The notes: generated by a model from the letters alone, not told the origin. A DNA stretch of 64,000 bases from Oscillospiraceae bacterium (GCA_015068065.1 SVLE01000001.1:3428-67427), one strand, 5' to 3'. Positions 29,667 through 38,650 are shown, counted from the first letter of the stretch. Made by a program: numbers and translations.

Positions 29667-30818
29667 TTAAATCAGCTTGTCCGCAAGCTCCAGAGCCTGC
29701 TTCACGATAGCGTCCATGTTGTAGTACTTGTACTCAGCCAGACGGCCCAGCAGATGAAGATTGGAATAGCTGTCGGCCAGCGTTTTGTACTGTTGGTACA
29801 GGGTGTTGTTTTCCGGGTTGATGATGGCGTAGTAGGGAGTTTCACCCTCCGCGCCCGTATAGGCGTAGGAAAATTCCTTGACGGTGGTGGTGCACTCCTT
29901 TTTTACCTGACCGGTCATGTGCTTGAACTCGGTGATACGGGTGTAAGGACGGTCCACAGTATAGTTTACAGTGCCGTGGGTCTGGAAGAATTCCGTGTTA
30001 TGAGTCTCGAACTGGAACTTCAGACCGCGGTAGGGCAGGCGGCCAAACCGGAAAGCGAACAGTTCGTCCGCCGCGCCGGTGTAGACTACCGGGCAGCAGA
30101 AAGCCTTGCCGTCCAGCGTGATCTGACCGTCGGACAGGTCCAGCCGCTCCCGGGCGTCCGTGCCGGTGACCACGGTGATGTTGGGGTGATCCAGCATCCG
30201 GGCAAAGAGGGGGGTGTAGCCCTCCGCAGGCATACCCTGCCACGTGTCCTGAAAATACCGGTCATCCCGGGACAGGAATACGGGGACGCGGGCGGTGGTG
30301 TTGGGGTCGATCTGCTCCGGAGTCTGTCCCCACTGTTTCATAGTGTAGTGGACGAAAACGTGCTCATACACATAGTCGGCTACTTCCCGCAGTTCCGGGT
30401 CGGTATTTTCCCGCAGTTCCAGAATGGTTACCTTGCGCTCCGGGCCATAGGCGGCCAGAAGCTTTTCTTCCAGCCGGGGTGCCCGGTCGCCAAAGGCCAC
30501 CTCCAGAGAGTGCAGGTTAAAGGGGACGGGCATCAGCTGCCCATAGACGTTGGCTACCACCCGGTGCTGGTAGTCCAGCCACTGGGTAAACCGGGACAGG
30601 TACTCAAACACTCGTTGCTCGTTGGTATGGAAAATGTGTGGGCCATACTGATGGATGAGGATGCCGGACTGGTCCGGACAGTCATAAGCGTTGCCGCCGA
30701 TGTGGTCCCGGCGCTCCAGCACGAGGACCCGTTTATTGCCACGCTCGGCCAGTTCCCGGGCACATACCGCCCCGGCAAAGCCAGCACCGATAATCAGGGC
30801 ATCATAATTCTGTTTCAA
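29667..30818 (-). CDS. glf: UDP-galactopyranose mutase
   Basis: GAGFAG, RDHIGGNAYD, HQYGPHIFHT, TRITEFKH, GRLAEYKYYNMD; start TTG 30818 or GTG 30830. Confidence 0.95.
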   Translation of the reverse strand: MKQNYDALIIGAGFAGAVCARELAERGNKRVLVLERRDHIGGNAYDCPDQSGILIHQYGPHIFHTNEQRVFEYLSRFTQWLDYQHRVVANVYGQLMPVPFNLHSLEVAFGDRAPRLEEKLLAAYGPERKVTILELRENTDPELREVADYVYEHVFVHYTMKQWGQTPEQIDPNTTARVPVFLSRDDRYFQDTWQGMPAEGYTPLFARMLDHPNITVVTGTDARERLDLSDGQITLDGKAFCCPVVYTGAADELFAFRFGRLPYRGLKFQFETHNTEFFQTHGTVNYTVDRPYTRITEFKHMTGQVKKECTTTVKEFSYAYTGAEGETPYYAIINPENNTLYQQYKTLADSYSNLHLLGRLAEYKYYNMDAIVKQALELADKLI

Positions 30819-30977
30819 AACAGGACACACCTTTTCTTAGTTTTCTGTGTGCCGCAGAAACCTGCGGACAAGTTATTGTACCACAATTTGCCATAGAAGA
30901 AAAGATGAGCGTTTTAATTTTATGCCCAGGGCTTTCTCAGAGACGGGCCAAAGGAGGGAGCGGCAGTGGCTGGGTGG

Positions 30978-31005
30978 GAATAATTTTTTCTGTGGTGCAT
31001 ACTTT
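30978..31005 (+). promoter_or_regulatory. SigmaE-type promoter of spoIID
   Basis: GAATA-N15-CATACTTT; spoIID is a known sigmaE target. Confidence 0.6.
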
Positions 31006-31030
31006 GAAAGCAGGACAAGGGGGTGTGAGC

Positions 31031-32017
31031 ATGAGACGCAGTATCACGGTGGCGTGGCTGCTGCTGGCAATTACATTCCTGTTGCCGCTGCTTCTGGTCC
31101 ACGATGAGCCGCTGACGAGAGGCACGGCGGGAGAGGAGCTGCTACCCCTGTATCAAACAGGAGCAGTGGGGCAGACGGATGGGCAGCAGATGGTCTCTGT
31201 GTTGTTGGAGGACGGCAGTGTGGAGCAGCTGACGCTGGCAGATTACCTGTGGGGTGTGGTGGCTGCGGAAATGCCCGCCTCCTTTGAACTGGAAGCCCTC
31301 AAGGCCCAGACGGTGGCAGCCCGGACCTATTGGCTGTCCCAATCCGGGGCAAGCCGGCACGAGGGGGCGGATATTTGTGCTGATTCCGGCTGCTGTCAGG
31401 CCTATATCAGCCGGGATGAGGCCAGAACCAACTGGGGAGACAAGGCCACGGAATACGGTGGGCGAATTGCTCAGGCGGTTGCGCAGACGGACGGGCTGTG
31501 TGTGACCTACGAAGGAAAGCCCATTCAGGCTCTGTTTTTTTCCAGCGCCCCAGGCAGTACGGTGGACGCACAGGCGGTGTGGGGCAGAGCGCTGCCCTAT
31601 CTGGTCAGTGTGGACAGCCCCGAAGGGGAGGAGGTACCCAATTATCGCTCTCAACTTACCATTACCACCGGGGAATTTCGTGCGCTGGTGGCCCGGGAAT
31701 TCCCGGGGGCGGACCTGACCGGGCCGGTGTCCGGGTGGCTGAGTGATTTTGTGTGGGAGCCCTCCGGAACGGTGAGCCGGGTGAAGGTTGGCGGTGTTTC
31801 CATGACGGGTGGGCAGGTGCGCAAGCTGTTGGGACTGCGCTCGGCCTGCTTCAGCGTTAGTGTCCGGGGGGAGGAGATGACCTTTCACGTCACCGGTTAC
31901 GGCCACGGGGTAGGCATGAGCCAGTATGGGGCCAACGCAATGGCGCGGCAGGGAAAAAGCTTCCGGGATATCTTGGGGTGGTACTATACGGGCACACAGG
32001 TGACGCATCTGGCGTGA
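31031..32017 (+). CDS. spoIID: Stage II sporulation protein D
   Basis: N-terminal TM; YLWGVVAAEMPASFELEALKAQTVAARTY; GYGHGVGMSQYGANAMA. Confidence 0.95.
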   Translation: MRRSITVAWLLLAITFLLPLLLVHDEPLTRGTAGEELLPLYQTGAVGQTDGQQMVSVLLEDGSVEQLTLADYLWGVVAAEMPASFELEALKAQTVAARTYWLSQSGASRHEGADICADSGCCQAYISRDEARTNWGDKATEYGGRIAQAVAQTDGLCVTYEGKPIQALFFSSAPGSTVDAQAVWGRALPYLVSVDSPEGEEVPNYRSQLTITTGEFRALVAREFPGADLTGPVSGWLSDFVWEPSGTVSRVKVGGVSMTGGQVRKLLGLRSACFSVSVRGEEMTFHVTGYGHGVGMSQYGANAMARQGKSFRDILGWYYTGTQVTHLA

Positions 32018-32094
32018 GCGGGCGGACAGACGGTTGCCTTGGAGGTTTAGGGTGTGATATACTGAAGAAAATCATGCGCAAGGGCGGTGAGGAA

Positions 32095-33153
32095 GTGGAC
32101 AGGGCGGTTGCAGTGGCCATGAGCGGCGGCGTGGACAGCTCAGTGGCGGCATATCTGCTGCGGGAGCAGGGACTCCCTCTGGTGGGAGTGACCCTGCAGC
32201 TGCACGGCTGTGCCGGGATGGAGGACGTATCCGATGCCCGGACCGTGGCGCAGCAGCTTGGGATTGACCACCATGTATTCAATTTGTCCGAGCACTTCCG
32301 CACCTGTGTTATGGACAACTTTGTTGCGGAATATGAGCGGGGACGCACCCCAAACCCCTGTGTGGAGTGCAACCGCAGGGTAAAGTTCGGCGCGCTGCTG
32401 GACAAAGCGGCGCAGCTGGGCTGCGGAAGGGTGGCTACGGGCCACTATACCCGGCTGGACTATGATGCGTCCTCCGGGCGGTGGCTTTTGAAAACGGCCC
32501 TGTACCCGGAAAAGGATCAGAGCTATGTGCTTTATTGTCTGAGCCAGAGCCAGCTGGCGGCCAGCATATTCCCGCTGGGCGGACTTTCCAAGGAAGAAAT
32601 CCGGGCCATCGCGCTGGAGCAGAGACTGGTTAGTGCCCGCAAGGGAGACAGTCAGGACATCTGCTTTATCCCGGATGGGGACTACGCGGCCTTTATCCGG
32701 AGGCATACGGGCAGAGACTATCCTGCCGGGGACTTTGTCAGTCCGGCGGGGGATGTCCTTGGTCGGCACGAGGGCATTATTTCCTACACGCTGGGCCAGC
32801 GCCGGGGACTGGGCGTGTCCAGTGCGGACGGACGGCTCTACGTGACCAGAATCGACCCAGAGTCCAACCGGGTCACCTTGGGAAAGAACGAAGATCTGTT
32901 TGCCCGGACGCTGGAGGCAGATCACATTAATTTTATCCCCTTTGATAAACTGGACGGGCCCCTGCGGGTGCAGGCCAAGGCCCGCTACCGCCATACCGCC
33001 CAGCCCGCCGTGGTGGAGCAGGTGGGAGAGGACCGCATTCGGGTCACCTTCGACCGGCCCCAGCGGGCCATTACCCCGGGACAGGCTGTCGTCCTCTACG
33101 ATGGAGACATTGTGGTTGGGGGCGGCACCATTGATACCGTTTTGGAGGATTGA
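32095..33153 (+). CDS. mnmA: tRNA 2-thiouridine(34) synthase
   Basis: AMSGGVDSS, GRTPNPCVECN, ATGHY, KDQSY, DSQDICF, TPGQAVVLY; start GTG 32095 or ATG 32074. Confidence 0.95.
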   Translation: MDRAVAVAMSGGVDSSVAAYLLREQGLPLVGVTLQLHGCAGMEDVSDARTVAQQLGIDHHVFNLSEHFRTCVMDNFVAEYERGRTPNPCVECNRRVKFGALLDKAAQLGCGRVATGHYTRLDYDASSGRWLLKTALYPEKDQSYVLYCLSQSQLAASIFPLGGLSKEEIRAIALEQRLVSARKGDSQDICFIPDGDYAAFIRRHTGRDYPAGDFVSPAGDVLGRHEGIISYTLGQRRGLGVSSADGRLYVTRIDPESNRVTLGKNEDLFARTLEADHINFIPFDKLDGPLRVQAKARYRHTAQPAVVEQVGEDRIRVTFDRPQRAITPGQAVVLYDGDIVVGGGTIDTVLED

Positions 33154-33155
33154 CC

Positions 33156-33413
33156 ATGGCGCAGAAGAAAAAGAGAGTTGCCCCGGGGAAGAATCCCGGC
33201 GTGCTACAGCGGGAGAAGGACACAAAGAAAATGGAGCCTGCGGCCCGCAGACTGCTGCTGGCTGCGGTGGTTGTCATCGCACTGGCACAGGTGCTGGAAT
33301 ACGGACTGGGACTGATCACCCACGGGGTGGGCAATCTGATATGCCTGCTGGGCGTGGTGCTGCTGGGTGCTTTTTTTGTGGTGCAGGCCAAGGGCGGGAA
33401 GAGCAGACTGTAA
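33156..33413 (+). CDS. Small 2-TM hypothetical membrane protein
   Basis: GGAGG RBS, basic N-terminus, two hydrophobic helices; starts immediately after mnmA. Confidence 0.6.
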   Translation: MAQKKKRVAPGKNPGVLQREKDTKKMEPAARRLLLAAVVVIALAQVLEYGLGLITHGVGNLICLLGVVLLGAFFVVQAKGGKSRL

Positions 33414-33418
33414 GCCGC

Positions 33419-33447
33419 TTGACAATCGCGCAGGATTGGAATAAAAT
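33419..33447 (+). promoter_or_regulatory. SigmaA promoter of the thiT leader
   Basis: TTGACA-N17-TAAAAT. Confidence 0.7.
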
Positions 33448-33471
33448 AACCGTTAACCGCAGGACAATCGA

Positions 33472-33568
33472 ACACAGGGGCGCTGGGAGCCATTCCCGGC
33501 TGAGATCGCGGCGAATTGCAGCCGTATGTCCCTTGACCTGATCCGGATAATGCCGGCGTAGGAAGTGG
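33472..33568 (+). ncRNA. TPP riboswitch
   Basis: GGGGCGC...GGCTGAGA...CCCTTGACCTGATCCGGATAATGCCGGCGTAGGAAG consensus, upstream of thiT. Confidence 0.95.
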
Positions 33569-33595
33569 ATTCGACCGATTTATTGTCGTCTCTCT

Positions 33596-33639
33596 TGTAC
33601 CGCACCGCACCCGTTCGGATGTGTGCGGTACATTTTTTT
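33596..33639 (+). terminator. Riboswitch expression-platform terminator
   Basis: TGTACCGCAC...GTGCGGTACA followed by a T run just before the thiT RBS. Confidence 0.75.
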
Positions 33640-33653
33640 AGGAGGAACGAACA

Positions 33654-34220
33654 ATGAACAACAAAACAAATCTGCACAAAGGGATTCTGATGCTGTGTGA
33701 GGGCGCCGTCATGGTGGTGCTGGCCCAGATTCTGGGTTGGCTGAAGCTGTGGGAGATGCCGTGGGGCGGCTCCGTGTGTCTGTCCATGCTGCCCATCCTC
33801 TGCTACGCCTGCCGCTGGGGCGTGGGTGCGGGTGTGATGAGCGGCTTTGTGCTGGGTGTGCTCCAGTTCCTGTTTGACGGCGGGATCGCGCTGGGCTGGC
33901 AGTCCATCATCGGGGACTATCTGGTGGCATTTGCGGCACTGGGTCTGGCGGGACTTGCCCGTGGCAGAAAAACCGGCGTATACTGGGGCGCGGTGCTGGG
34001 CGGCGGTGCCCGGTTTTTGGTCCACTATGTAGTTGGCGCCACCATTTGGGCAGAATATATGCCGGAGGAGTTTTTCGGCATGACCATGACCACACCCTGG
34101 GTCTATTCTCTGCTGTACAACGGGTTTTACATGGCCATCGACACGGTGCTGTGTCTGGTGGTCTTTGCCCTGCTGATGCCCTCCATGGGTCGGTATTTTG
34201 CGGGAGAAGATCTGAGCTGA
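33654..34220 (+). CDS. thiT: ECF S-component thiamine transporter
   Basis: MPWGGSV, DYLVAFAALG, ARFLVHYVVG, WVYSLLYNG; under a TPP riboswitch. Confidence 0.9.
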   Translation: MNNKTNLHKGILMLCEGAVMVVLAQILGWLKLWEMPWGGSVCLSMLPILCYACRWGVGAGVMSGFVLGVLQFLFDGGIALGWQSIIGDYLVAFAALGLAGLARGRKTGVYWGAVLGGGARFLVHYVVGATIWAEYMPEEFFGMTMTTPWVYSLLYNGFYMAIDTVLCLVVFALLMPSMGRYFAGEDLS

Positions 34221-34251
34221 GCCCCTGTGGGGGCGGAAAGGATCACGCCCT

Positions 34252-35058
34252 ATGGGAAAGTTTGACGGCGTTTTGCTGGTCAGCGATTTTGATGATACAC
34301 TGTATGACCTGAATATGCGGGTGCCTCCGGCCAACCTGAGGGCGCTGGAGCGGTTCGTGGATCAGGGCGGACGCTTCACTGTGGCCACAGGCCGGGCGCA
34401 CACCACCTTTGCGCCCTATGCGCATCTGGTTCCCATCAATGCGCCGGTCATCCTTTCCAACGGCTCGGCCCTGTACGATTTTCAACAGGACCGGATGCTG
34501 GTTCAGACGCTGCTGCATGAAGATGCTCCCCAGGATCTGACACAGATGTGCAAGCGGATCCCGGAACTGGGCTTTGAGGCCTATCACGGGGAGGATATCT
34601 ACGTCTATCGTCCCAACTGGGTGACCGATATGCACATGAAAAAAGTGGGGACAAGCTATACAATATGCCCCATTGAGCAGATGCCAACCCCGTGGACTAA
34701 GGTCATCGTTCAGGGGGAGCATGAACAGCTGCTCCGGGCCCGGGACTGGCTGGAACAAGCCTGCCCGGACCGATATGAGGCCATTTTTTCCAACCACTAC
34801 TATCTGGAACTGACCCAACGGGGCAGCAACAAGGGCGGTATGGCGGTCCGGGTGGCACGGATGCTGGGTATCGCTCCGGAGGACCTCTACTGCGTGGGAG
34901 ACAATCAGAACGATATCCCCATGCTGGCGCAGTCCGCAATTCCCTTTGCCCCGGCGAACTGCGCCCGGGAGGTAAAGGACTGGGGTGCACGGGTCCTGTG
35001 CCACTGCAACGAGGGGACCATCGCCCGGGTGATCGAAATTCTGGAAGAACGCTATTAA
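34252..35058 (+). CDS. Cof-type HAD-IIB hydrolase
   Basis: SDFDDTL, VATGR, SNGS, NKG, VGDNQNDIPM. Confidence 0.9.
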   Translation: MGKFDGVLLVSDFDDTLYDLNMRVPPANLRALERFVDQGGRFTVATGRAHTTFAPYAHLVPINAPVILSNGSALYDFQQDRMLVQTLLHEDAPQDLTQMCKRIPELGFEAYHGEDIYVYRPNWVTDMHMKKVGTSYTICPIEQMPTPWTKVIVQGEHEQLLRARDWLEQACPDRYEAIFSNHYYLELTQRGSNKGGMAVRVARMLGIAPEDLYCVGDNQNDIPMLAQSAIPFAPANCAREVKDWGARVLCHCNEGTIARVIEILEERY

Positions 35059-35091
35059 TGAAACGCTCTGCCTGCGGCAGAGCGTTTCATT
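35057..35091 (+). terminator. Intrinsic terminator
   Basis: AATGAAACGCTCTGCC-tgc-GGCAGAGCGTTTCATT. Confidence 0.75.
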
Positions 35092-35142
35092 TGTCACGGG
35101 CTGTGCCTGCTTTGCTTAGAATAAAGCAAAGGAGGCGGGGAT

Positions 35143-35265
35143 ATGACCAATGAACAGGCGGTGCGGATGTTAAAGGCGGTGCGCGTCTACTGTCAGCCGG
35201 AGCACCTGCCGGCGGTGGAGCGGGCTATTATGATGCTGAGCCGGGAGAGAAAAGACGGGAAGTGA
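35143..35265 (+). CDS. 40-aa small protein (not in ORF track)
   Basis: AAAGGAGG RBS, then MTNEQAVRMLKAVRVYCQPEHLPAVERAIMMLSRERKDGK*; fills an otherwise empty gap. Confidence 0.6.
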   Translation: MTNEQAVRMLKAVRVYCQPEHLPAVERAIMMLSRERKDGK

Positions 35266-35351
35266 AAAATTTTTGTTAATTTCTACGCCGTTCTCTTGCA
35301 TTTGCCGCGGGCAGGGATATAATGAAAGCACAATTTTTGCGGAGGCGCGGC

Positions 35352-36251
35352 ATGAAACGGATGCTGTTTATTTACAATCAGGCGGCAGGCAAAGGCACGG
35401 TGCGCCAGCAGCTGGCTACGGTGCTTAACCGCTTTACGCAGGCCGGATGGCTGGTGACTGTCTATCCCACGCAGGGGAAAGGAGACGCCACCCGCGTGGC
35501 CCGGGAACTGGGCGGACAGTTTGACCGGGTAGTCTGTGCCGGAGGGGACGGAACGCTGAGCGAAACGGTGACCGGCCTGATGGAGCTGACTGCACCTCCC
35601 GTATTGGGCTATGTGCCTGCCGGGTCCACCAATGACTGCGCCCACAATCTGCGCCTGCCGGCCGGGGTGGTGAAGGCTGCCATGGTGGCCGCAGCTGAGG
35701 GCGAGCCCCGGGCCATCGATGTGGGGCGGATCAACGGAAAACCATTTGTCTACGTGGCGGCATTCGGTGCATTTACTGAGGTAGCCTATGATACACCCCA
35801 GGAACTGAAAAACACCTTTGGCCATCTGGCTTATGTCATGGCGGGTATCGGGCAGCTGCCCAATCTGACTCCCTATCATTTGAAAGTGGAGTACGGGGAC
35901 ACGGTGATCGAAGATGATTTTTTGTACGGAATGGTGTGCAACACCTTTTCCGTGGGCGGGCTGAAAGGGCCGGTACTCCCCTCTGACCGGGTGGTGCTGG
36001 ATGACGGCCTGTTTGAGGTGGTGCTGGTGCGCAAAAGCATCAAGCTGACCGATCTGACCAGTGTGCTGCAGTCGCTGGTGCGCAATGTGCCGGTGGACAC
36101 GGCGGCGGTGATCTCCTTCGAGACGGACCGGGTGAGCATTTCCTGTGACAGGGCCATCCCGTGGACGGTGGACGGGGAGTACGGCGGTACTTTTGCCGTC
36201 AGTCAGGTGGAGAACTGCCGCAGAGCCATCACGGTGGTACACGGCAAATAA
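35352..36251 (+). CDS. YegS/BmrU diacylglycerol-kinase-family lipid kinase
   Basis: NQAAGKG, AGGDGTLSE, PAGSTND, DDGLFEV, VDGE. Confidence 0.9.
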   Translation: MKRMLFIYNQAAGKGTVRQQLATVLNRFTQAGWLVTVYPTQGKGDATRVARELGGQFDRVVCAGGDGTLSETVTGLMELTAPPVLGYVPAGSTNDCAHNLRLPAGVVKAAMVAAAEGEPRAIDVGRINGKPFVYVAAFGAFTEVAYDTPQELKNTFGHLAYVMAGIGQLPNLTPYHLKVEYGDTVIEDDFLYGMVCNTFSVGGLKGPVLPSDRVVLDDGLFEVVLVRKSIKLTDLTSVLQSLVRNVPVDTAAVISFETDRVSISCDRAIPWTVDGEYGGTFAVSQVENCRRAITVVHGK

Positions 36252-36258
36252 AACGGAG

Positions 36259-36289
36259 AAAGTCCCGGTGCTGTGCACCGGGACTTTTT
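36259..36289. terminator. Bidirectional intrinsic terminator
   Basis: AAAGTCCCGGTGC-tgt-GCACCGGGACTTT. Confidence 0.8.
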
Positions 36290-36566
36290 ATGGAGTTTGC
36301 AGAACCCATCGGAGCATGAGCAGCAGACCGAAGCCCGGCAGGCCAAGCAGGCCCAAAACCAATGCGTTCAGCCAGTTTACACCCAGACAGATGCCGCCGA
36401 GCAGACCCCCTGACTTGCTCAGCAGTGCCAGTGCTGCCAGTCCACCCGCGCTGCGGATGAACAGCCGCCACAGTCGGGCCAGAGGGCGGCGCAGTATCAG
36501 CAGGAAAATAAAACCGAAAAAAAGGCCTGCCAGCCAAGGTGCGGCGGGGATGAGCCGGTCACTCAT
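36288..36566 (-). CDS. bofA: Pro-sigmaK processing inhibitor, BofA family
   Basis: LGVNWLNALVLGLLGLPG motif; conserved yaaL-bofA order. Confidence 0.8.
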   Translation of the reverse strand: MSDRLIPAAPWLAGLFFGFIFLLILRRPLARLWRLFIRSAGGLAALALLSKSGGLLGGICLGVNWLNALVLGLLGLPGFGLLLMLRWVLQTP

Positions 36567-36805
36567 ACGCAGGCCTCCAGTTCCTTGATGCGCCGCAGCA
36601 GATAGCTGTACCGGGACTGGAGCGCGTTGATCTCAAAAACGAACGATTCGATCAGGTCCTCATCGCTGGCGTTATTGAAGCCGCTGTATGCCTGGTTGAT
36701 CAGAAGCCGGGTGTGGGCCAGTGACTGCATCAGCTGATCCCGCTCTGCGCTGCGCGGCGAAACAGGTCGGCGGGAAAAGACGAATGTGCGTTCCGGCTGT
36801 GCCAT
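36563..36805 (-). CDS. yaaL: YaaL/DUF2508 sporulation protein
   Basis: FNNASDEDLIESFVFEINALQSRYSYLLRRIK. Confidence 0.8.
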   Translation of the reverse strand: MAQPERTFVFSRRPVSPRSAERDQLMQSLAHTRLLINQAYSGFNNASDEDLIESFVFEINALQSRYSYLLRRIKELEACV

Positions 36806-36826
36806 AACCTCCCCTCCTCTCGTTAC

Positions 36827-36854
36827 ATTGTATGAACAGTTTGGACAAATATTC
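36827..36854 (-). promoter_or_regulatory. SigmaE-type promoter of yaaL-bofA
   Basis: GAATA-N15-CATACAAT (consensus sigmaE -10). Confidence 0.7.
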
Positions 36855-36858
36855 CGGG

Positions 36859-36910
36859 TTTAAACCCAAACATACCCGGGTTGACTTTTCTGGGTGGGAG
36901 AGGCTATACT
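36859..36910 (+). promoter_or_regulatory. bioY promoter with a possible BirA operator
   Basis: TTTAAAC-N14-GTTGACT overlapping TTGACT-N18-TATACT. Confidence 0.45.
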
Positions 36911-36941
36911 TGCCACAGACACAACGAAAGGAGAGAGTGAC

Positions 36942-37496
36942 TTGCGGGTGCGCCGAAACAAAACCATATACGCCCTGACCATGACGGCGGCAGCGGCTGC
37001 TGCCCTGTGCGTGCTCTCACCGTGGTCGGTGCCTCTGGGACCGGTGCCGCTCTCTGTGTGCACCCTGCTTATTTACCTGTGTGGGTGGCTGCTCACACCG
37101 GGACGGGCAGCGGCGGCAGCGGCGGTCTATGTGCTCATCGGGGCGGCGGGACTGCCCGTGTTTTCTGGATTTCTGGGTGGCTTGGGACATCTGGCCGGGC
37201 CTACCGGTGGCTATATCGTGGGCTATATTCCCCTTGCGTTTTTATGCGCTCTGTTTGTAAAACGGTTTGCTGCGCGCAGGAAGATGTGTGCCGTGGGCCT
37301 TTTGCTGGGCACTGCGGTGCTGTACGCTGTGGGCACGGCGTGGTTCTGTTTTCAGACGGACACCCCCGTTGGGGGCGGCCTGGCGGTGTGTGTACTGCCT
37401 TTTTTGCCCGGAGATCTTATGAAAATGCTGGGAGCACTGATGCTTGGGCCGGTCCTGCACGGGCGGCTGGAACGGGCAGGGCTGCTGTATGAATAA
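36942..37496 (+). CDS. bioY: Biotin transporter BioY
   Basis: GPVPLS, GAAGLPVFSG, GPTGGYIVG, PFLPGDLMK; start TTG 36942 or GTG 36948. Confidence 0.9.
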   Translation: MRVRRNKTIYALTMTAAAAAALCVLSPWSVPLGPVPLSVCTLLIYLCGWLLTPGRAAAAAAVYVLIGAAGLPVFSGFLGGLGHLAGPTGGYIVGYIPLAFLCALFVKRFAARRKMCAVGLLLGTAVLYAVGTAWFCFQTDTPVGGGLAVCVLPFLPGDLMKMLGALMLGPVLHGRLERAGLLYE

Positions 37497-37535
37497 AAAG
37501 AAGCACTTCCCTGCAGGGAAGTGCTTCTTTTTATT
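37492..37535. terminator. Bidirectional intrinsic terminator
   Basis: AATAAAAAGAAGCACTTCCCTG / CAGGGAAGTGCTTCTTTTTATT palindrome. Confidence 0.85.
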
Positions 37536-37876
37536 CAGTTAAAAACCGCTTGGACCAGCAGCATATACAGCGCTGTGGCACCGAAGATGGAGATGAGGTC
37601 GTTGCCCTTCCACAGATGGAGAATAACAGCGGTCAGTCCGGCGATGAGAGAGGGTAGCCAGCCGGCCGGGGCAGCAAAGCTGATCCCTTTCAGGCAATAG
37701 ATGATGAGCATGGTAATGATTGCCGGAGGGAGCACCTGACCAAGATACAGCACGATGCGGGGCGGGTGATCACCCCGGTCAAAAAGCAGGAAAGGGAGTG
37801 CCCGGGTCAGAAAGGTGACCGCAGCCATGACCGCGATGGAGGCCAGCGCCTGAGGTGCGGATAAAACGGGGGTCAT
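37535..37876 (-). CDS. azlD: Branched-chain amino acid exporter, small subunit
   Basis: TFLTRALPFLLF, YLGQVLPPA, HLWKGN; overlaps the azlC stop. Confidence 0.85.
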   Translation of the reverse strand: MTPVLSAPQALASIAVMAAVTFLTRALPFLLFDRGDHPPRIVLYLGQVLPPAIITMLIIYCLKGISFAAPAGWLPSLIAGLTAVILHLWKGNDLISIFGATALYMLLVQAVFN

Positions 37877-38580
37877 ACCGGAACAGCTCCTTTCAGTTTG
37901 GTGTGGTCCAGATGGGGACGGGCCAGAGCCAGCACAAGTACGATGATGGCCAAAGCGGGGATGAGCATATTGTCCGGGCCGAACAGGATAAGGCAGATCA
38001 CGGTGGCTGTCGCACCCAGCAGGGCGGGCAGGTGTTTGGGATAGCTCTTCCACTGGTCGATGGCGATGACAATGAACAGGGCGGTCATGGCGAAGTCCAC
38101 ACCCGTGGTGTCAAAGCCCAGCAGCTGACCGGCTACTGCACCGATGACCGAGCCGGCGATCCAGTAGCTGTGGTTGAGCAGTGCGATCCAGAAGTAGAAA
38201 TCGTGGGCCTTTACCCCGTTGGGTGGCTGAGCGGAGCTGAGCAGAGCATAGGTTTCGTCCGTCAGGCCAAAAATCATGTACAGCTTACGCCAGCCCATGC
38301 CCCGCAGCTTTTCCAGCAGGGACAGGCCGTACACCAGATGGCGGAAGTTGATGACGAAGGTCAGCAGAGCCACTTCGGTCAGGGGGGCGCCCAGAGCCAG
38401 CAGAGAGACGCCCAGATACTGTCCGGAGCCGGCGAAGATCAAAAGGCTCATCAGGAAGGCCCAGGGGGCTCCGTAGCCGATGGACTGGAGCATCAGGCCG
38501 AAGGCGATGCCGATGGCCAGATAACCCATGAGCACCGGAACGGTGACGGGGAAGGCCGCGGCGATTGCTTTGCGGTTCAT
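37873..38580 (-). CDS. azlC: Branched-chain amino acid exporter AzlC
   Basis: PVLMGYLAIGIAFG, FAGSGQY, NFRHLVYG, LTDETYA, DFAMTALF. Confidence 0.9.
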   Translation of the reverse strand: MNRKAIAAAFPVTVPVLMGYLAIGIAFGLMLQSIGYGAPWAFLMSLLIFAGSGQYLGVSLLALGAPLTEVALLTFVINFRHLVYGLSLLEKLRGMGWRKLYMIFGLTDETYALLSSAQPPNGVKAHDFYFWIALLNHSYWIAGSVIGAVAGQLLGFDTTGVDFAMTALFIVIAIDQWKSYPKHLPALLGATATVICLILFGPDNMLIPALAIIVLVLALARPHLDHTKLKGAVPV

Positions 38581-38650
38581 AGTGGTATCACCTCGTTTGC
38601 ACATTGGGCCTATTGTACGCTTTTTTGGAAGCGCGTGCAAGGGTGTACGC

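Noticed and set aside
35143-35265. Type I toxin interpretation of the small ORF with an occluded SD
   Set aside because: No hydrophobic TM helix and no evident antisense RNA unit; kept only as a small-protein finding
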